Shown here: positions 32,992-43,951 of the stretch, piece after piece
How positions within the stretch are numbered: position 1 is the first letter of the stretch
How the letters are laid out: the number at the start of each line of letters is the position of its first letter
DNA from: a virus
Lineage: Duplodnaviria; Heunggongvirae; Uroviricota; Caudoviricetes
Length of the DNA stretch: 64,000 nt
Virus record (IMG/VR): IMGVR_UViG_2875703104_000004
Reading direction: 5' to 3' (one strand)
Program-made: the position numbers and the translations under genes
Notes under the pieces: model-generated
The model's input: only the letters and a program-made list of their open reading frames with translations
Told to the model about the DNA's origin: nothing
Database searches by the model: none

Positions 32992-33161
32992 TGGCTACAC
33001 CGCTTATTCGTGTCATGAACGGACACATCTACAAAGTACCAAATCGTCGTAAGTGTAAACCTGAGCTGAAGCCATCCGAAATACCAACACTGCTCGGGTA
33101 TACCGCCAGCCTGGTTGATAAAAAATGGTTGCGACTGGCAGCAAGGAGGAATCATGGCTGA
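32991..33161 (+). CDS. ninE: NinE-like protein (56 aa)
   Basis: My own translation [56 protein letters not shown]; TAATG coupling to ybcN. Confidence 0.7.
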   Translation: MATPLIRVMNGHIYKVPNRRKCKPELKPSEIPTLLGYTASLVDKKWLRLAARRNHG

Positions 33162-33444
33162 TTTAAGAAAAGCAGCGCGTGGTCGGGAATGCCAGGTAAG
33201 AATCCCTGGCGTATGTAATGGCAATCCTGAAACGTCAGTACTGGCACATATCCGGCTGGCTGGATTGTGCGGTACCGGTATCAAACCGCCAGACCTGATT
33301 GCCACCATTGCATGTTCTGCCTGCCACGACGAAATCGACCGTCGCACGCATTTTGTTGACGCTGGATATGCAAAAGAATGCGCGCTGGAAGGTATGGCGA
33401 GAACACAGGTTATCTGGTTGAAAGAGGGGGTTATTGAGGCGTGA
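33154..33444 (+). CDS. ybcO: YbcO-like nin-region protein with Cys-rich motif (96 aa)
   Basis: [26 protein letters not shown]...; RBS AGGAGG upstream. Confidence 0.7.
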   Translation: MADLRKAARGRECQVRIPGVCNGNPETSVLAHIRLAGLCGTGIKPPDLIATIACSACHDEIDRRTHFVDAGYAKECALEGMARTQVIWLKEGVIEA

Positions 33445-33803
33445 ATACCTACAGCATCACATTACCCTGGCCTCCGAGCAATAATCGCTATTACCGCCAT
33501 AATCGTGGGCGCACGCACGTCAGCGCAGAGGGGCAGGCATACTGCGATAACGTCGCCCGAATCATTAAAAACGCAATGCTGGATATCGGCTTGGCTATGC
33601 CAGTGAAAATCAGCATTGAGTGCCACATGCCGGATCGCCGTCGCCGTGACCTTGATAATCTGCAAAAGGCCGCTTTTGACGCACTCACCAAAGCAGGTTT
33701 CTGGCTGGATGATGCTCAGGTCGTTGATTACCGCGTTGTGAAGATGCCCGTTACCAAAGGTGGGAAGCTGGAGCTGACTATCACTGAACTGGGAGATGAA
33801 TGA
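33441..33803 (+). CDS. rusA: RusA Holliday junction resolvase (120 aa)
   Basis: [34 protein letters not shown]...[34 protein letters not shown]... matches E. coli RusA by recall. Confidence 0.9.
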   Translation: MNTYSITLPWPPSNNRYYRHNRGRTHVSAEGQAYCDNVARIIKNAMLDIGLAMPVKISIECHMPDRRRRDLDNLQKAAFDALTKAGFWLDDAQVVDYRVVKMPVTKGGKLELTITELGDE

Positions 33804-33940
33804 TGTTTGAGTCTTATATGGCAGAGCGTCTTCGCCGCCGCTGGGTGCGCCTGCGCTTATATCGTTTTCCTGGTTCTGTTTTGACCGATTACCGAATACT
33901 GAAGAATTACGCCAAAACCCTGACAGGAGCAGGAGTATGA
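33803..33940 (+). CDS. ylcG: YlcG-like small protein (45 aa)
   Basis: My own translation [45 protein letters not shown]. Confidence 0.55.
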   Translation: MFESYMAERLRRRWVRLRLYRFPGSVLTDYRILKNYAKTLTGAGV

Positions 33941-34025
33941 AGTCAGAGATAACAATCAACTAATACTGTTTTGTTGATTTTTGCTTGTAATTGGCGTTCT
34001 GGTCTGATTTTTGTGGAGTAAGTTG

Positions 34026-34268
34026 ATGCGTGATATTCAGATGGTTCTTGAGCGTTGGGGAGCGTGGGCGGCTAATAATCATGAAGATGTGACCTGGTCG
34101 TCCGTTGCCGCCGGTTTTAAGGGATTAATTCCTTCAAAAGTAAAATCTCGCCCGCAATGTTGTGACGATGACGCGATGATCATTTGCGGGTGCATGGCCC
34201 GTCTGAAAAAGAACAACAGCGATTTACACGATTTATTAGTAGATTATTATGTAAGTGCTTGGCATTAA
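34026..34268 (+). pseudogene. quuD: DLP12-type Q antiterminator (quuD-like), 3'-truncated at a deletion junction near 34255
   Basis: [26 protein letters not shown]...[26 protein letters not shown] then out-of-family residues and stop. Confidence 0.7.
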
Positions 34269-34386
34269 CTTTCCCGTATAGATCCAGCTTGTTACTGTCT
34301 TTATTATAAATTTCAGCTGCCTGAGCAGACATCGCCATCAGTACTGATGCAGCTACAGCAGAAATTGCCACTGTTAATTTTTTCAT
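34255..34386 (-). pseudogene. nmpC: 5' remnant of an NmpC/OmpC-type porin gene (signal peptide plus about 20 mature residues)
   Basis: [44 protein letters not shown] then divergence at the same junction that truncates quuD. Confidence 0.6.
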
Positions 34387-34813
34387 TGTACGCCCTTTTT
34401 TTGAACTTTTATTAAAAAATGATGTCACTGCACTACAAATATTCATCTAATCAATGAGATTATTTCAAGATGTAAGTTTTAGTTTCTCATTTAATTTGTG
34501 AAGTAGATCTCTATTTTTATCTGAACCTTTTCTATCTAATCCTATTCATGGCTCTTGTCTGAACAAAAATAAATCTATTAGCTAATTTATATTAATGGCA
34601 CTTATTTATAAGTGCTCTATAATTCTTTAGCTTAATTTAAACAAACTAAAAATAACATCGGAAATTATTAACTGGTTATTTGTTGAAGTTTTCTTATGCA
34701 TTTGTGGTGGTGTTTTGAACACTCGGTGGCATTCTCACAAATATCATTTAGTAGTTTACGTACGTAAAAAATTGGTTATGCTGTTAAGAGTGGTTACTTC
34801 GTCACACAGCTTA

Positions 34814-34845
34814 AACCCGCCGTCGAGCGGGTTTTTCCATTTTTT
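34814..34845 (+). terminator. Rho-independent terminator upstream of the lysis genes (tR'-like)
   Basis: aaacccgc-cgtcga-gcgggttt hairpin plus T-run; position between Q and the holin, analogous to lambda tR'. Confidence 0.55.
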
Positions 34846-34974
34846 GAGTCTCGATATTAGCTGATAACCCAATACCTGAGTTATTCACTGACTCCGAATC
34901 TGTTACGTTTCTGCCTTTATTGCGATACGTAGTATCCCCTTAATTTACACCCGCTTTGTCTGCGAGGTGGGGTT

Positions 34975-35190
34975 ATGAAATCCATGGATAAGTTAACAAC
35001 GGGTGTCGCCTATGGTACCTCAGCAGGTAGTGCCGGGTACTGGTTTTTACAGTTGCTCGATAAAGTCACGCCCTCACAGTGGGCGGCAATAGGTGTGCTG
35101 GGTAGCCTGGTATTTGGCCTGCTGACGTACCTGACAAACCTTTATTTCAAGATTAAAGAAGATAAGCGCAAGGCTGCGAGAGGTGAATAA
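34975..35190 (+). CDS. essD: Holin (71 aa)
   Basis: [53 protein letters not shown]...; first gene of the lysis cassette. Confidence 0.85.
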
Positions 35191-35687
35191 TGCCTCCATC
35201 ATTACGAAAAGCCGTTGCTGCTGCTATTGGTGGCGGAGCAATTGCTATAGCATCAGTGTTAATCACTGGCCCAAGTGGTAACGATGGTCTGGAAGGTGTC
35301 AGCTACATACCATACAAAGATATTGTTGGTGTATGGACTGTATGTCACGGGCATACAGGAAAAGACATCATGCTCGGTAAAACGTATACCAAAGCAGAAT
35401 GCAAAGCCCTCCTGAATAAAGACCTTGCCACGGTCGCCAGACAAATTAACCCGTACATCAAAGTCGATATACCGGAAACAATGCGCGGCGCTCTTTACTC
35501 ATTCGTTTACAACGTGGGTGCTGGCAATTTCAGAACATCGACGCTTCTTCGCAAAATAAACCAGGGCGATATCAAAGGCGCATGTGATCAGCTACGTCGC
35601 TGGACATATGCTGGCGGTAAGCAATGGAAAGGTCTCATGACTCGTCGTGAGATTGAGCGTGAAATCTGTTTGTGGGGTCAGCAATGA
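35190..35687 (+). CDS. rrrD: Phage lysozyme (endolysin), 165 aa
   Basis: T4-lysozyme-like; position between holin and Rz; matches DLP12 RrrD by recall. Confidence 0.9.
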   Translation: MPPSLRKAVAAAIGGGAIAIASVLITGPSGNDGLEGVSYIPYKDIVGVWTVCHGHTGKDIMLGKTYTKAECKALLNKDLATVARQINPYIKVDIPETMRGALYSFVYNVGAGNFRTSTLLRKINQGDIKGACDQLRRWTYAGGKQWKGLMTRREIEREICLWGQQ

Positions 35688-36145
35688 ACAGAGTAACCGC
35701 GATTATCTCCGCTCTGGTTATCTGCATCATCGTCTGCCTGTCATGGGCTGTTAATCATTACCGTGATAACGCCATTACCTACAAAGCCCAGCGCGACAAA
35801 AATGCCAGAGAACTGACGCTGGCGAACGCGGCAATTACTGACATACAGATGCGTCAGCGTGATGTTGCTGCGCTCGATGCAAAATACACGAAGGAGTTAG
35901 CTGATGCGAAAGCTGAAAATGATGCTCTGCGTGATGATGTTGCCGCTGGTCGTCGTCGGTTGCACATCAAAGCAGTCTGTCAGTCAGTGCGTGAAGCCAC
36001 CACCGCCTCCGGCGTGGATAATGCAGCCTCCCCCCGACTGGCAGACACCGCTGAACGGGATTATTTCACCCTCAGAGAGAGGCTGATCACTATGCAAAAA
36101 CAACTGGAAGGAACCCAGAAGTATATTAATGAGCAGTGCAGATAG
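35684..36145 (+). CDS. rzpD: Rz-like i-spanin
   Basis: N-terminal TM helix then coiled-coil region; overlaps the lysozyme stop. Confidence 0.8.
   Translation: MNRVTAIISALVICIIVCLSWAVNHYRDNAITYKAQRDKNARELTLANAAITDIQMRQRDVAALDAKYTKELADAKAENDALRDDVAAGRRRLHIKAVCQSVREATTASGVDNAASPRLADTAERDYFTLRERLITMQKQLEGTQKYINEQCR
35904..36086 (+). CDS. rzoD: Rz1-like o-spanin lipoprotein embedded in the +1 frame of Rz (60 aa)
   Basis: Lipobox LPLVVVGC and proline-rich [19 protein letters not shown]; ORF entirely inside Rz. Confidence 0.75.
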   Translation: MRKLKMMLCVMMLPLVVVGCTSKQSVSQCVKPPPPPAWIMQPPPDWQTPLNGIISPSERG

Positions 36146-36176
36146 AGCTGCCCATATCGATGGGCAACTCATGCAA

Positions 36177-36470
36177 TTATTGTGAGCAATACACACGCGC
36201 TTCCAGCGGAGTATAAATGCCTAAAGTAATAAAACCGAGCAATCCATTTACGAATGTTTGCTGGGTTTCTGTTTTAACAACATTTTCTGCACCACCACAA
36301 ATTTTTGCTGCATCGACAGTTTTCTTCTGCCCAATTCCCGAAACGAAGAAATGATGGGTGATGGTTTCCTTTGGTGTTACTGCTGTAGGTTTGTTTCCAA
36401 CAGTAAACGTCTGTTGAGCACATCCTGTAATAAGCATTGCCAGAGCGGCAGAAAACAACATTTTTTTCAT
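36177..36470 (-). CDS. borD: Bor lipoprotein (97 aa)
   Basis: MKKMLFSAALAMLITGCAQQTFTV...ETITHHFFVSGIGQKKTVDAAKICGGAENVVKTETQQTFVNGLLGFITLGIYTPLEARVYCSQ, near-identical to lambda Bor by recall. Confidence 0.85.
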   Translation of the reverse strand: MKKMLFSAALAMLITGCAQQTFTVGNKPTAVTPKETITHHFFVSGIGQKKTVDAAKICGGAENVVKTETQQTFVNGLLGFITLGIYTPLEARVYCSQ

Positions 36471-36730
36471 CTTATTATCCTGCATTGTTAAAAACGGCAG
36501 AATCCTATGTGACAACAATTAAACGATAGTTAAATGGATTGATGAAAATTAAAACTACACAGGTGGGCTCAGACTATTGGAGGAAGTTGGGGACACTCAG
36601 AATCCTGTGGAATGAAATAAACCGGTCTATCCGTCCATTACCCTTTTAGCTGCGCTGTATCGTCGCCGTATTCCCGCATTAACCATGACCGTAGCCCGAC
36701 GGGGAATTCCTTCTGCGTGAGTGTGCGGGA

Positions 36731-37360
36731 ATAATTAAAAACGATGCACACCGGGTTTTTACCGCGTTAATGATTCGCGGGTTTATCCCGGTGCGATGGT
36801 GGAAGAAACAGGAAGCTGTATTACAGAAAGTGCTACTACTGTATCCCGATGCGATGTATGTAATGTGAGTCAGATAATGGCACAGGATGTGGTGATGTGG
36901 CAGTCTGGAACACAGGATATATTGTCAGAATAAGACCCGTAGGAATAAAAATGAAAAGACGCCTTTTACTACTTTTTCTGTTATCTGTCCTGGCAGTGGG
37001 ATGCTCGCAGCAAAAAGCTGATGAGCCCCGGCAATTAGTGACGGTGTATCCACGATATCCGGAATATGCTGCAGCAAATTATATCAAGGGGCTGGTTGAG
37101 GTTAAGTTCGATATTGGTGCTGATGGGACTGTGACACGGATCGTTTTTCTCCGCTCAGAGCCTCATAATTTGTTTCGTGATGAAGTGGTGAAGGCCATGG
37201 CGAAATGGCGATTTGAAAAGAATCGCCCCTGTCAGGGAGTGAAGAGACAATTTATCTTTACGCCGTCACGTCCTTGATGCTTCCAGGTAGAGAGGGGCTG
37301 GAAGCAGGAGAAAAATGAAAGAGCCAGCGGTTATATTTTTGTCATGGCTGACGAGGAATG
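36731..37360. repeat. 630-bp segment repeated at 57433-58062 (carries the 3' end of the truncated tail-fibre ORF and a lipoprotein gene); followed by an N at 37361
   Basis: Seen directly; copies near-identical. Confidence 0.85.
36951..37277 (+). CDS. Lipoprotein with TonB-C-terminal-like domain (108 aa); copy 1
   Basis: MKRRLLLLFLLSVLAVGCSQ lipobox; ...YPRYPEYAAANYIKGLVEVKFDIGADGTVTRIVFLRSEPHNLFRDEVVKAMAKWRFE resembles the TonB C-terminal fold motif. Confidence 0.6.
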   Translation: MKRRLLLLFLLSVLAVGCSQQKADEPRQLVTVYPRYPEYAAANYIKGLVEVKFDIGADGTVTRIVFLRSEPHNLFRDEVVKAMAKWRFEKNRPCQGVKRQFIFTPSRP

Positions 37361-37483
37361 NGGTAAACGACGCACTTGTGCCGGCACATAATAGCAAGCA
37401 CCATAATAGATCAGATTCGATTCTTGCTGTAAGTGATAATTATTCTCGTTTTCGGGTCCTTTCCGTCGATCCAACAGGTTACG

Positions 37484-37495
37484 GGGCGGCGACCT
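37484..37495 (+). promoter_or_regulatory. cos: cosN (12-nt cohesive-end sequence GGGCGGCGACCT) with cosB-like sequence downstream; cos site 1
   Basis: Exact match to the lambda cohesive end by recall, followed by CGCGG(T)TTTTC(A/G)CTATTTATGAAAATTTT, about 188 bp upstream of the Nu1-like gene. Confidence 0.75.
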
Positions 37496-37671
37496 CGCGG
37501 TTTTTCACTATTTATGAAAATTTTTCAGGGAAAATCGTGTCGGTACTTCTCGAATATAACTTTTTGTTTTTTTTAATATTGCATCCGTAAAGGTCCGACA
37601 TGAAAGTGTCCGAAAATGCCTTTTTCTGGCGTTTTCATGTCGGGCCTTGTATTTGATAATGGGTTGTTTTC

Positions 37672-38220
37672 ATGAAGGTTAATAAAAAGAGGCTTGCCGA
37701 AATTTTCAACGTGGACCCGCGGACGATTGAACGCTGGCAGTCTCAGGGACTCCCTTGCGCCTCCAAAGGTAGTAAGGGCATTGAATCTGTATTTGATACT
37801 GCCATGGCAATTCAGTGGTATGCGCAGAGGGAAACTGATATCGAAAACGAAAAGCTCCGCAAAGAACTGGACGATTTGCGTGCGGCAGCGGAGTCAGATT
37901 TACAACCCGGCACCATTGACTATGAACGCTACCGGCTCACAAAAGCGCAGGCAGATGCGCAGGAACTGAAAAATGCCCGTGAAGACGGAGTAGTGCTGGA
38001 AACTGAACTGTTTACCTTCATTCTGCAACGTGTGGCACAGGAGATTTCGGGGATACTTGTGCGTGTGCCGTTGACATTACAGCGTAAATATCCGGACATT
38101 TCACCATCACACCTTGATGTGGTGAAAACTGAAATCGCGAAAGCCTCCAATGTTGCAGCTAAGGCCGGTGAAAACGTGGGCGGGTGGATCGATGATTTCA
38201 GACGCGCAGAAGGCAGCTAA
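37672..38220 (+). CDS. nu1: Terminase small subunit (Nu1-like), 182 aa
   Basis: Winged-HTH N-terminus ...[12 protein letters not shown]...; conserved ...[18 protein letters not shown]...[27 protein letters not shown]... as in lambda Nu1 (recall). Confidence 0.85.
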
Positions 38221-40120
38221 TGCAGCCGGTGCGATAGCTACAGGGCTTTTATCTCTCATTATTCCTGTTCCACTGACGACAGTTCAGTGGGCCAATAAAC
38301 ATTATTACCTTCCTAAAGAGTCGTCTTATACCCCGGGGCGATGGGAAACACTGCCGTTTCAGGTTGGCATCATGAACTGTATGGGCAACGATCTGATTCG
38401 CACGGTTAACCTGATTAAATCTGCCCGTGTTGGTTATACAAAGATGTTGCTGGGAGTGGAGGCTTATTTTATTGAGCATAAATCACGCAACAGCCTTCTT
38501 TTTCAGCCCACGGACTCAGCTGCTGAAGATTTTATGAAATCTCATGTTGAGCCAACGATAAGGGATGTTCCTGCATTGCTGGAGCTGGCTCCATGGTTCG
38601 GAAGAAAACACCGCGATAATACGCTCACCCTGAAGCGTTTTTCCTCCGGTGTGGGGTTCTGGTGTCTGGGTGGTGCGGCAGCAAAAAACTACCGTGAAAA
38701 ATCCGTGGATGTGGTCTGTTATGACGAGCTTTCCTCGTTCGAACCGGATGTTGAAAAAGAGGGTTCGCCAACCCTGCTGGGGGATAAACGTATTGAGGGC
38801 TCTGTATGGCCAAAATCCATTCGCGGCTCGACGCCTAAAATCAAAGGCTCCTGCCAGATCGAAAAAGCCGCTAACGAGTCGGCACACTTCATGCGTTTTT
38901 ATGTGCCCTGTCCGCACTGTGGGGAGGAGCAGTATCTGAAATTTGGCGATGATGCCTCGCCTTTCGGTCTTAAGTGGGAGAAGAATAAGCCAGAAAGTGT
39001 TTTCTACCTTTGTGAGCATCATGGCTGTGTGATCCATCAGTCTGAGCTTGACCAGAGTAACGGGCGGTGGATCTGTGAAAACACGGGCATGTGGACCCGT
39101 GACGGCCTGATGTTTTTCAGCGCCCGGGGTGATGAAATTCCGCCGCCGCGCTCCATCACTTTCCATATCTGGACGGCGTACAGTCCGTTCACCACCTGGG
39201 TACAGATTGTCTATGACTGGCTGGATGCACTGAAAGATCCCAACGGCCTGAAAACCTTTGTGAACACCACGCTGGGCGAGACCTGGGAAGAGGCTGTGGG
39301 CGAAAAACTCGATCACCAGGTGCTGATGGATAAGGTTGTGCGTTACACGGCGGCGGTGCCTGCCCGGGTGGTTTATCTGACGGCGGGCATTGACTCGCAG
39401 CGAAACCGTTTTGAGATGTATGTCTGGGGATGGGCTCCGGGAGAGGAAGCCTTTCTGGTGGATAAAATCATCATTATGGGGCGTCCCGATGAGGAAGAGA
39501 CGCTGTTACGTGTGGATGCGGCGATCAACAAAAAATACCGCCATGCAGACGGAACCGAAATGACCATTTCCCGTGTCTGCTGGGACATCGGGGGGATCGA
39601 TGGCGAAATCGTTTATCAGAGGTCAAAAAAACACGGTGTTTTCCGGGTGCTGCCGGTAAAAGGCGCGTCTGTCTATGGCAAGCCGGTGATCACCATGCCG
39701 AAAACCCGCAATCAGCGGGGCGTTTATCTGTGTGAAGTGGGGACGGACACCGCAAAAGAAATTCTCTATGCCCGTATGAAAGCCGAGCCCACGCCTGCGG
39801 ATGAAGCCACGTCGTATGCCATCCGTTTTCCTGATGATCCGGAGATTTTTTCGCAGACAGAGGCGCAGCAACTGGTCGCGGAAGAGCTTGTGGAGAAGTG
39901 GGAAAAAGGAAAGATGCGTCTGCTGTGGGATAACAAAAAGCGGCGTAACGAAGCGCTGGACTGCCTGGTGTATGCCTACGCGGCATTACGTGTGTCCGTG
40001 CAACGCTGGCAGCTTGATCTGGCTGTACTGGCAAAATCCCGGGAAGAAGAGACGACCCGGCCAACCCTTAAAGAACTGGCAGCGAAGCTGTCCGGAGGAG
40101 TGAATGGTTACAGTCGCTGA
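38192..40120 (+). CDS. A: Terminase large subunit (gpA-like)
   Basis: Co-linear with lambda gpA (…RWETLPFQ…[13 protein letters not shown]…[21 protein letters not shown]…) by recall; ATG 38192 overlaps the Nu1 end. Confidence 0.9.
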
Positions 40121-40310
40121 ACTGCAGGCGCTGCGTCAGGCGCGCCTTGATTTATTAACCGGTAAACGGGTGGTGTCTGTCCAGAAAGATGGTCGCAGAA
40201 TTGAATATACGGCGGCTTCTCTGGATGAGCTTAACCGGGCGATCAATGATGCGGAGTCGGTACTGGGGACAACCCGGTGTCGCCGTCGTCCGCTGGGAGT
40301 GAGGTTATGA
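40104..40310 (+). CDS. W: Head-tail joining protein W (68 aa)
   Basis: ...LMTGKRVATVQKDGRR.EFTA-type sequence as in lambda W (recall). Confidence 0.8.
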   Translation: MVTVAELQALRQARLDLLTGKRVVSVQKDGRRIEYTAASLDELNRAINDAESVLGTTRCRRRPLGVRL

Positions 40311-42015
40311 AACGAACGCCTGTCCTGATTGATGTGAACGGCGTTCCGCTTCGTGAGAGTCTCAGCTACAACGGGGGCGGTGCAGGATTTGGCGGGCAAA
40401 TGGCTGAGTGGTTGCCACCGGCGCAGAGTGCCGATGCGGCCCTGCTGCCCGCGTTGCGTCTGGGGAATGCCCGGGCAGATGATCTGGTGCGCAATAACGG
40501 AATAGCGGCTAATGCGGTGGCTCTGCATAAGGATCACATTGTCGGGCATATGTTTCTGATCAGCTACCGTCCGAACTGGCGCTGGCTGGGGATGCGGGAG
40601 ACCGCAGCAAAAAGCTTTGTCGATGAGGTGGAGGCGGCCTGGTCGGAATACGCCGAAGGGATGTTTGGCGAGATCGACGTGGAAGGAAAACGCACGTTCA
40701 CGGAATTTATCCGTGAAGGTGTGGGCGTTCATGCGTTTAACGGCGAAATCTTTGTGCAGCCGGTCTGGGATACGGAAACCACGCAGTTATTCCGTACGCG
40801 TTTTAAAGCCGTGAGTCCGAAACGGGTGGACACGCCTGGACACGGTATGGGGAACCGTTTTCTGCGGGCCGGTGTGGAGGTCGATCGATATGGCCGTGCC
40901 GTCGCGTACCATATCTGTGAGGATGATTTTCCGTTCTCTGGTAGTGGACGATGGGAACGGATCCCGCGTGAACTTCCCACCGGGCGTCCGGCCATGCTGC
41001 ATATTTTCGAGCCGGTGGAGGACGGGCAGACCCGTGGGGCTAATCAGTTTTACAGCGTCATGGAACGGCTGAAGATGCTCGATTCCCTGCAGGCAACACA
41101 GCTTCAGTCGGCCATAGTGAAGGCGATGTATGCAGCGACGATTGAAAGTGAACTTGATACCGAAAAGGCCTTTGAATATATCGCCGGCGCGCCACAGGAG
41201 CAGAAGGATAATCCGCTTATTAATATTCTGGAGAAGTTCTCCAGCTGGTATGACACGAATAACGTGACACTGGGCGGTGTCAAAATTCCGCACCTTTTCC
41301 CTGGTGATGATCTGAAACTACAGACTGCGCAGGATTCAGACAATGGATTTTCTGCGCTTGAACAGGCGCTGCTGCGGTATATCGCCGCCGGTCTTGGCGT
41401 TTCCTACGAACAGTTGTCCCGTGATTACTCGAAGGTCAGTTACTCAAGTGCCCGCGCCTCCGCCAATGAGTCGTGGAACAGGCGCTGCTGCGGTATATCG
41501 CCGCCGGTCTTGGCGTTTCCTACGAACAGTTGTCCCGTGATTACTCGAAGGTCAGTTACTCAAGTGCCCGCGCCTCCGCCAATGAGTCGTGGCGCTATTT
41601 TATGGGGCGGCGAAAATTTATTGCGGCCCGGCTGGCCACGCAGATGTTTTCCTGCTGGCTGGAAGAGGCACTTCTTCGGGGGATTATTCGTCCGCCACGG
41701 GCACGTTTTGATTTTTATCAGGCGCGATCAGCCTGGTCACGGGCAGAGTGGATTGGTGCCGGAAGAATGGCCATTGACGGGCTCAAGGAAGTCCAGGAAT
41801 CAGTGATGCGCATTGAGGCCGGACTGAGCACGTATGAGAAAGAGCTGGCGCTGATGGGCGAGGATTATCAGGACATTTTCCGCCAGCAGGTCAGGGAATC
41901 TGCTGAGCGGCAAAAAGCCGGACTCTCACGTCCGGTGTGGATAGAGCAGGCGTATCAGCAGCAGATAGCGGAGAGTCGTAGGCCGGAAGAGGAGACAACA
42001 CCACGTGAGACGTAA
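40307..42015 (+). CDS. B: Portal protein (gpB-like), disrupted in this assembly by a 116-bp tandem duplication (41361-41476, 41477-41592)
   Basis: N-part ORF 40277-41806 and C-part ORF 41473-42015 are co-linear with lambda B; removing one duplicate unit restores the frame. Confidence 0.8.
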
Positions 42016-43510
42016 TCTTTCACACATTATTGCCGCAGCATTCAATGAACCGCTGCTTCTGGAGCCCGCCTATGCGCGGGTTTTCTTTTGCGCGCTCGGG
42101 CGCGAGATGGGGGCAGCAAGTCTTTCGGTACCACAACAGCAGGTACAGTTTGATGCTCCCGGAATGCTGGCTGAAACGGACGAGTACATGGCCGGAGGTA
42201 AACGACCGGCCCGTGTTTACCGGGTGGTGAACGGTATTGCTGTACTGCCGGTGACCGGCACGCTGGTGCACCGGCTGGGTGGTATGCGGCCATTTTCCGG
42301 AATGACAGGCTATGACGGCATTGTCGCCTGTCTTCAGCAGGCAATGGCGGATAGCCAGGTGCGGGGCGTACTGCTGGACATTGACAGTCCGGGCGGGCAG
42401 GCCGCCGGCGCGTTTGACTGCGCTGACATGATTTACCGCCTCCGTCAGCAGAAGCCGGTCTGGGCACTGTGCAATGACACGGCCTGTTCTGCAGCCATGC
42501 TGCTGGCGTCGGCCTGCTCCCGACGGCTGGTTACCCAGACATCCCGTATCGGCTCCATTGGCGTGATGATGAGCCATGTCAGCTATGCCGGTCATCTGGC
42601 GCAGGCCGGTGTGGATATCACGCTGATTTACTCAGGGGCGCACAAGGTGGATGGCAATCAGTTTGAAGCGTTGCCGGCAGAGGTTCGCCAGGACATGCAG
42701 CAGCGGATTGATGCGGCGCGCCGGATGTTTGCCGAAAAAGTGGCGATGTATACCGGTCTGTCTGTTGATGCCGTCACGGGAACAGAGGCTGCCGTTTTTG
42801 AAGGTCAGTCCGGCATTGAGGCCGGGCTGGCGGATGAATTAATCAATGCGTCGGATGCCATCAGTGTGATGGCCACGGCGCTGAACAGTAATGTCAGAGG
42901 AGGCACTATGCCGCAATTAACTGCAACGGAAGCCGCCGCGCAGGAGAACCAGCGAGTGATGGGGATCCTGACATGCCAGGAAGCGAAAGGACGTGAACAG
43001 CTTGCCACGATGCTGGCAGGACAACAGGGCATGAGCGTTGAACAGGCCCGGGCGATTCTGGCCGCGGCGGCACCGCAGCAGCCGGTGGCATCCACGCAGA
43101 GTGAAGCCGATCGCATTATGGCGTGTGAAGAAGCGAACGGTCGTGAACAACTGGCGGCAACGCTGGCGGCGATGCCGGAGATGACGGTGGAAAAAGCCCG
43201 CCCGATCCTGGCTGCTTCACCGCAGGCGGATGCCGGACCATCACTCCGTGATCAGATCATGGCACTGGATGAGGCAAAAGGGGCTGAGGCGCAGGCTGAA
43301 CAGCTGGCTGCCTGCCCGGGAATGACAGTGGAGAGCGCCCGGGCTGTGCTGGCTGCGGGATCAGGTAAGGCAGAACCGGTCTCTGCATCCACAACCGCCA
43401 TGTTTGAACATTTCATGGCGAACCATTCACCGGCAGCGGTACAGGGTGGCGTGGCACAGACGTCAGCAGACGGTGATGCGGACGTGAAAATGCTCATGGC
43501 CATGCCATGA
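42005..43510 (+). CDS. C: Capsid maturation protease / scaffold (gpC with nested Nu3-like region), GTG start
   Basis: ...IAAAFNEPLLLEPAYARVFFCAL...SGMTGYDGIVACLQQA...DSPGG...LCNDTACSAA... parallels lambda C (S49 peptidase family) by recall. Confidence 0.85.
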   Translation: MRRNLSHIIAAAFNEPLLLEPAYARVFFCALGREMGAASLSVPQQQVQFDAPGMLAETDEYMAGGKRPARVYRVVNGIAVLPVTGTLVHRLGGMRPFSGMTGYDGIVACLQQAMADSQVRGVLLDIDSPGGQAAGAFDCADMIYRLRQQKPVWALCNDTACSAAMLLASACSRRLVTQTSRIGSIGVMMSHVSYAGHLAQAGVDITLIYSGAHKVDGNQFEALPAEVRQDMQQRIDAARRMFAEKVAMYTGLSVDAVTGTEAAVFEGQSGIEAGLADELINASDAISVMATALNSNVRGGTMPQLTATEAAAQENQRVMGILTCQEAKGREQLATMLAGQQGMSVEQARAILAAAAPQQPVASTQSEADRIMACEEANGREQLAATLAAMPEMTVEKARPILAASPQADAGPSLRDQIMALDEAKGAEAQAEQLAACPGMTVESARAVLAAGSGKAEPVSASTTAMFEHFMANHSPAAVQGGVAQTSADGDADVKMLMAMP

Positions 43511-43546
43511 AGTCAGTGCTGACCATCAATAGGAGGTTTTTACAAT

Positions 43547-43894
43547 ATGGTGACGAAAACCATCACTGAACAGCGTGCGGAAGTACGTATTTTTGCCGGT
43601 AATGATCCGGCTCATACCGCCACAGGCAGCAGCGGGATTTCCTCGCCAACACCGGCACTGACGCCCCTGATGCTGGATGAAGCCACCGGGAAACTGGTGG
43701 TCTGGGACGGACAGAAAGCCGGTAGTGCGGTTGGCATACTGGTACTGCCGCTTGAAGGCACAGAGACGGCGCTGACGTATTACAAGTCGGGAACCTTTGC
43801 GACGGAGGCAATCCACTGGCCTGAAAGTGTGGATGAACACAAAAAGGCCAACGCCTTTGCTGGCAGTGCCCTGAGTCACGCGGCGCTGCCGTAA
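43547..43894 (+). CDS. D: Head decoration protein D (115 aa)
   Basis: ...DPAHTATGSSG...TPLMLD...KLVVWDG...LTYYKSGTF... as lambda gpD (recall). Confidence 0.85.
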   Translation: MVTKTITEQRAEVRIFAGNDPAHTATGSSGISSPTPALTPLMLDEATGKLVVWDGQKAGSAVGILVLPLEGTETALTYYKSGTFATEAIHWPESVDEHKKANAFAGSALSHAALP

Positions 43895-43951
43895 CACGTT
43901 ATCAGGCCACCGCGGTGGCCTGACTGATTTCTGAATGAAAGGAACTGATTT

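Noticed and set aside
36130-36176. Palindrome gcccatatcgatgggc after Rz as a terminator
   Set aside because: No T-run on either strand; more likely an incidental palindrome containing a ClaI-like site.
38516-39316. 266-aa minus-strand ORF inside the terminase large subunit gene
   Set aside because: Antisense shadow ORF in a high-GC coding region; the plus-strand gene is co-linear with lambda gpA.
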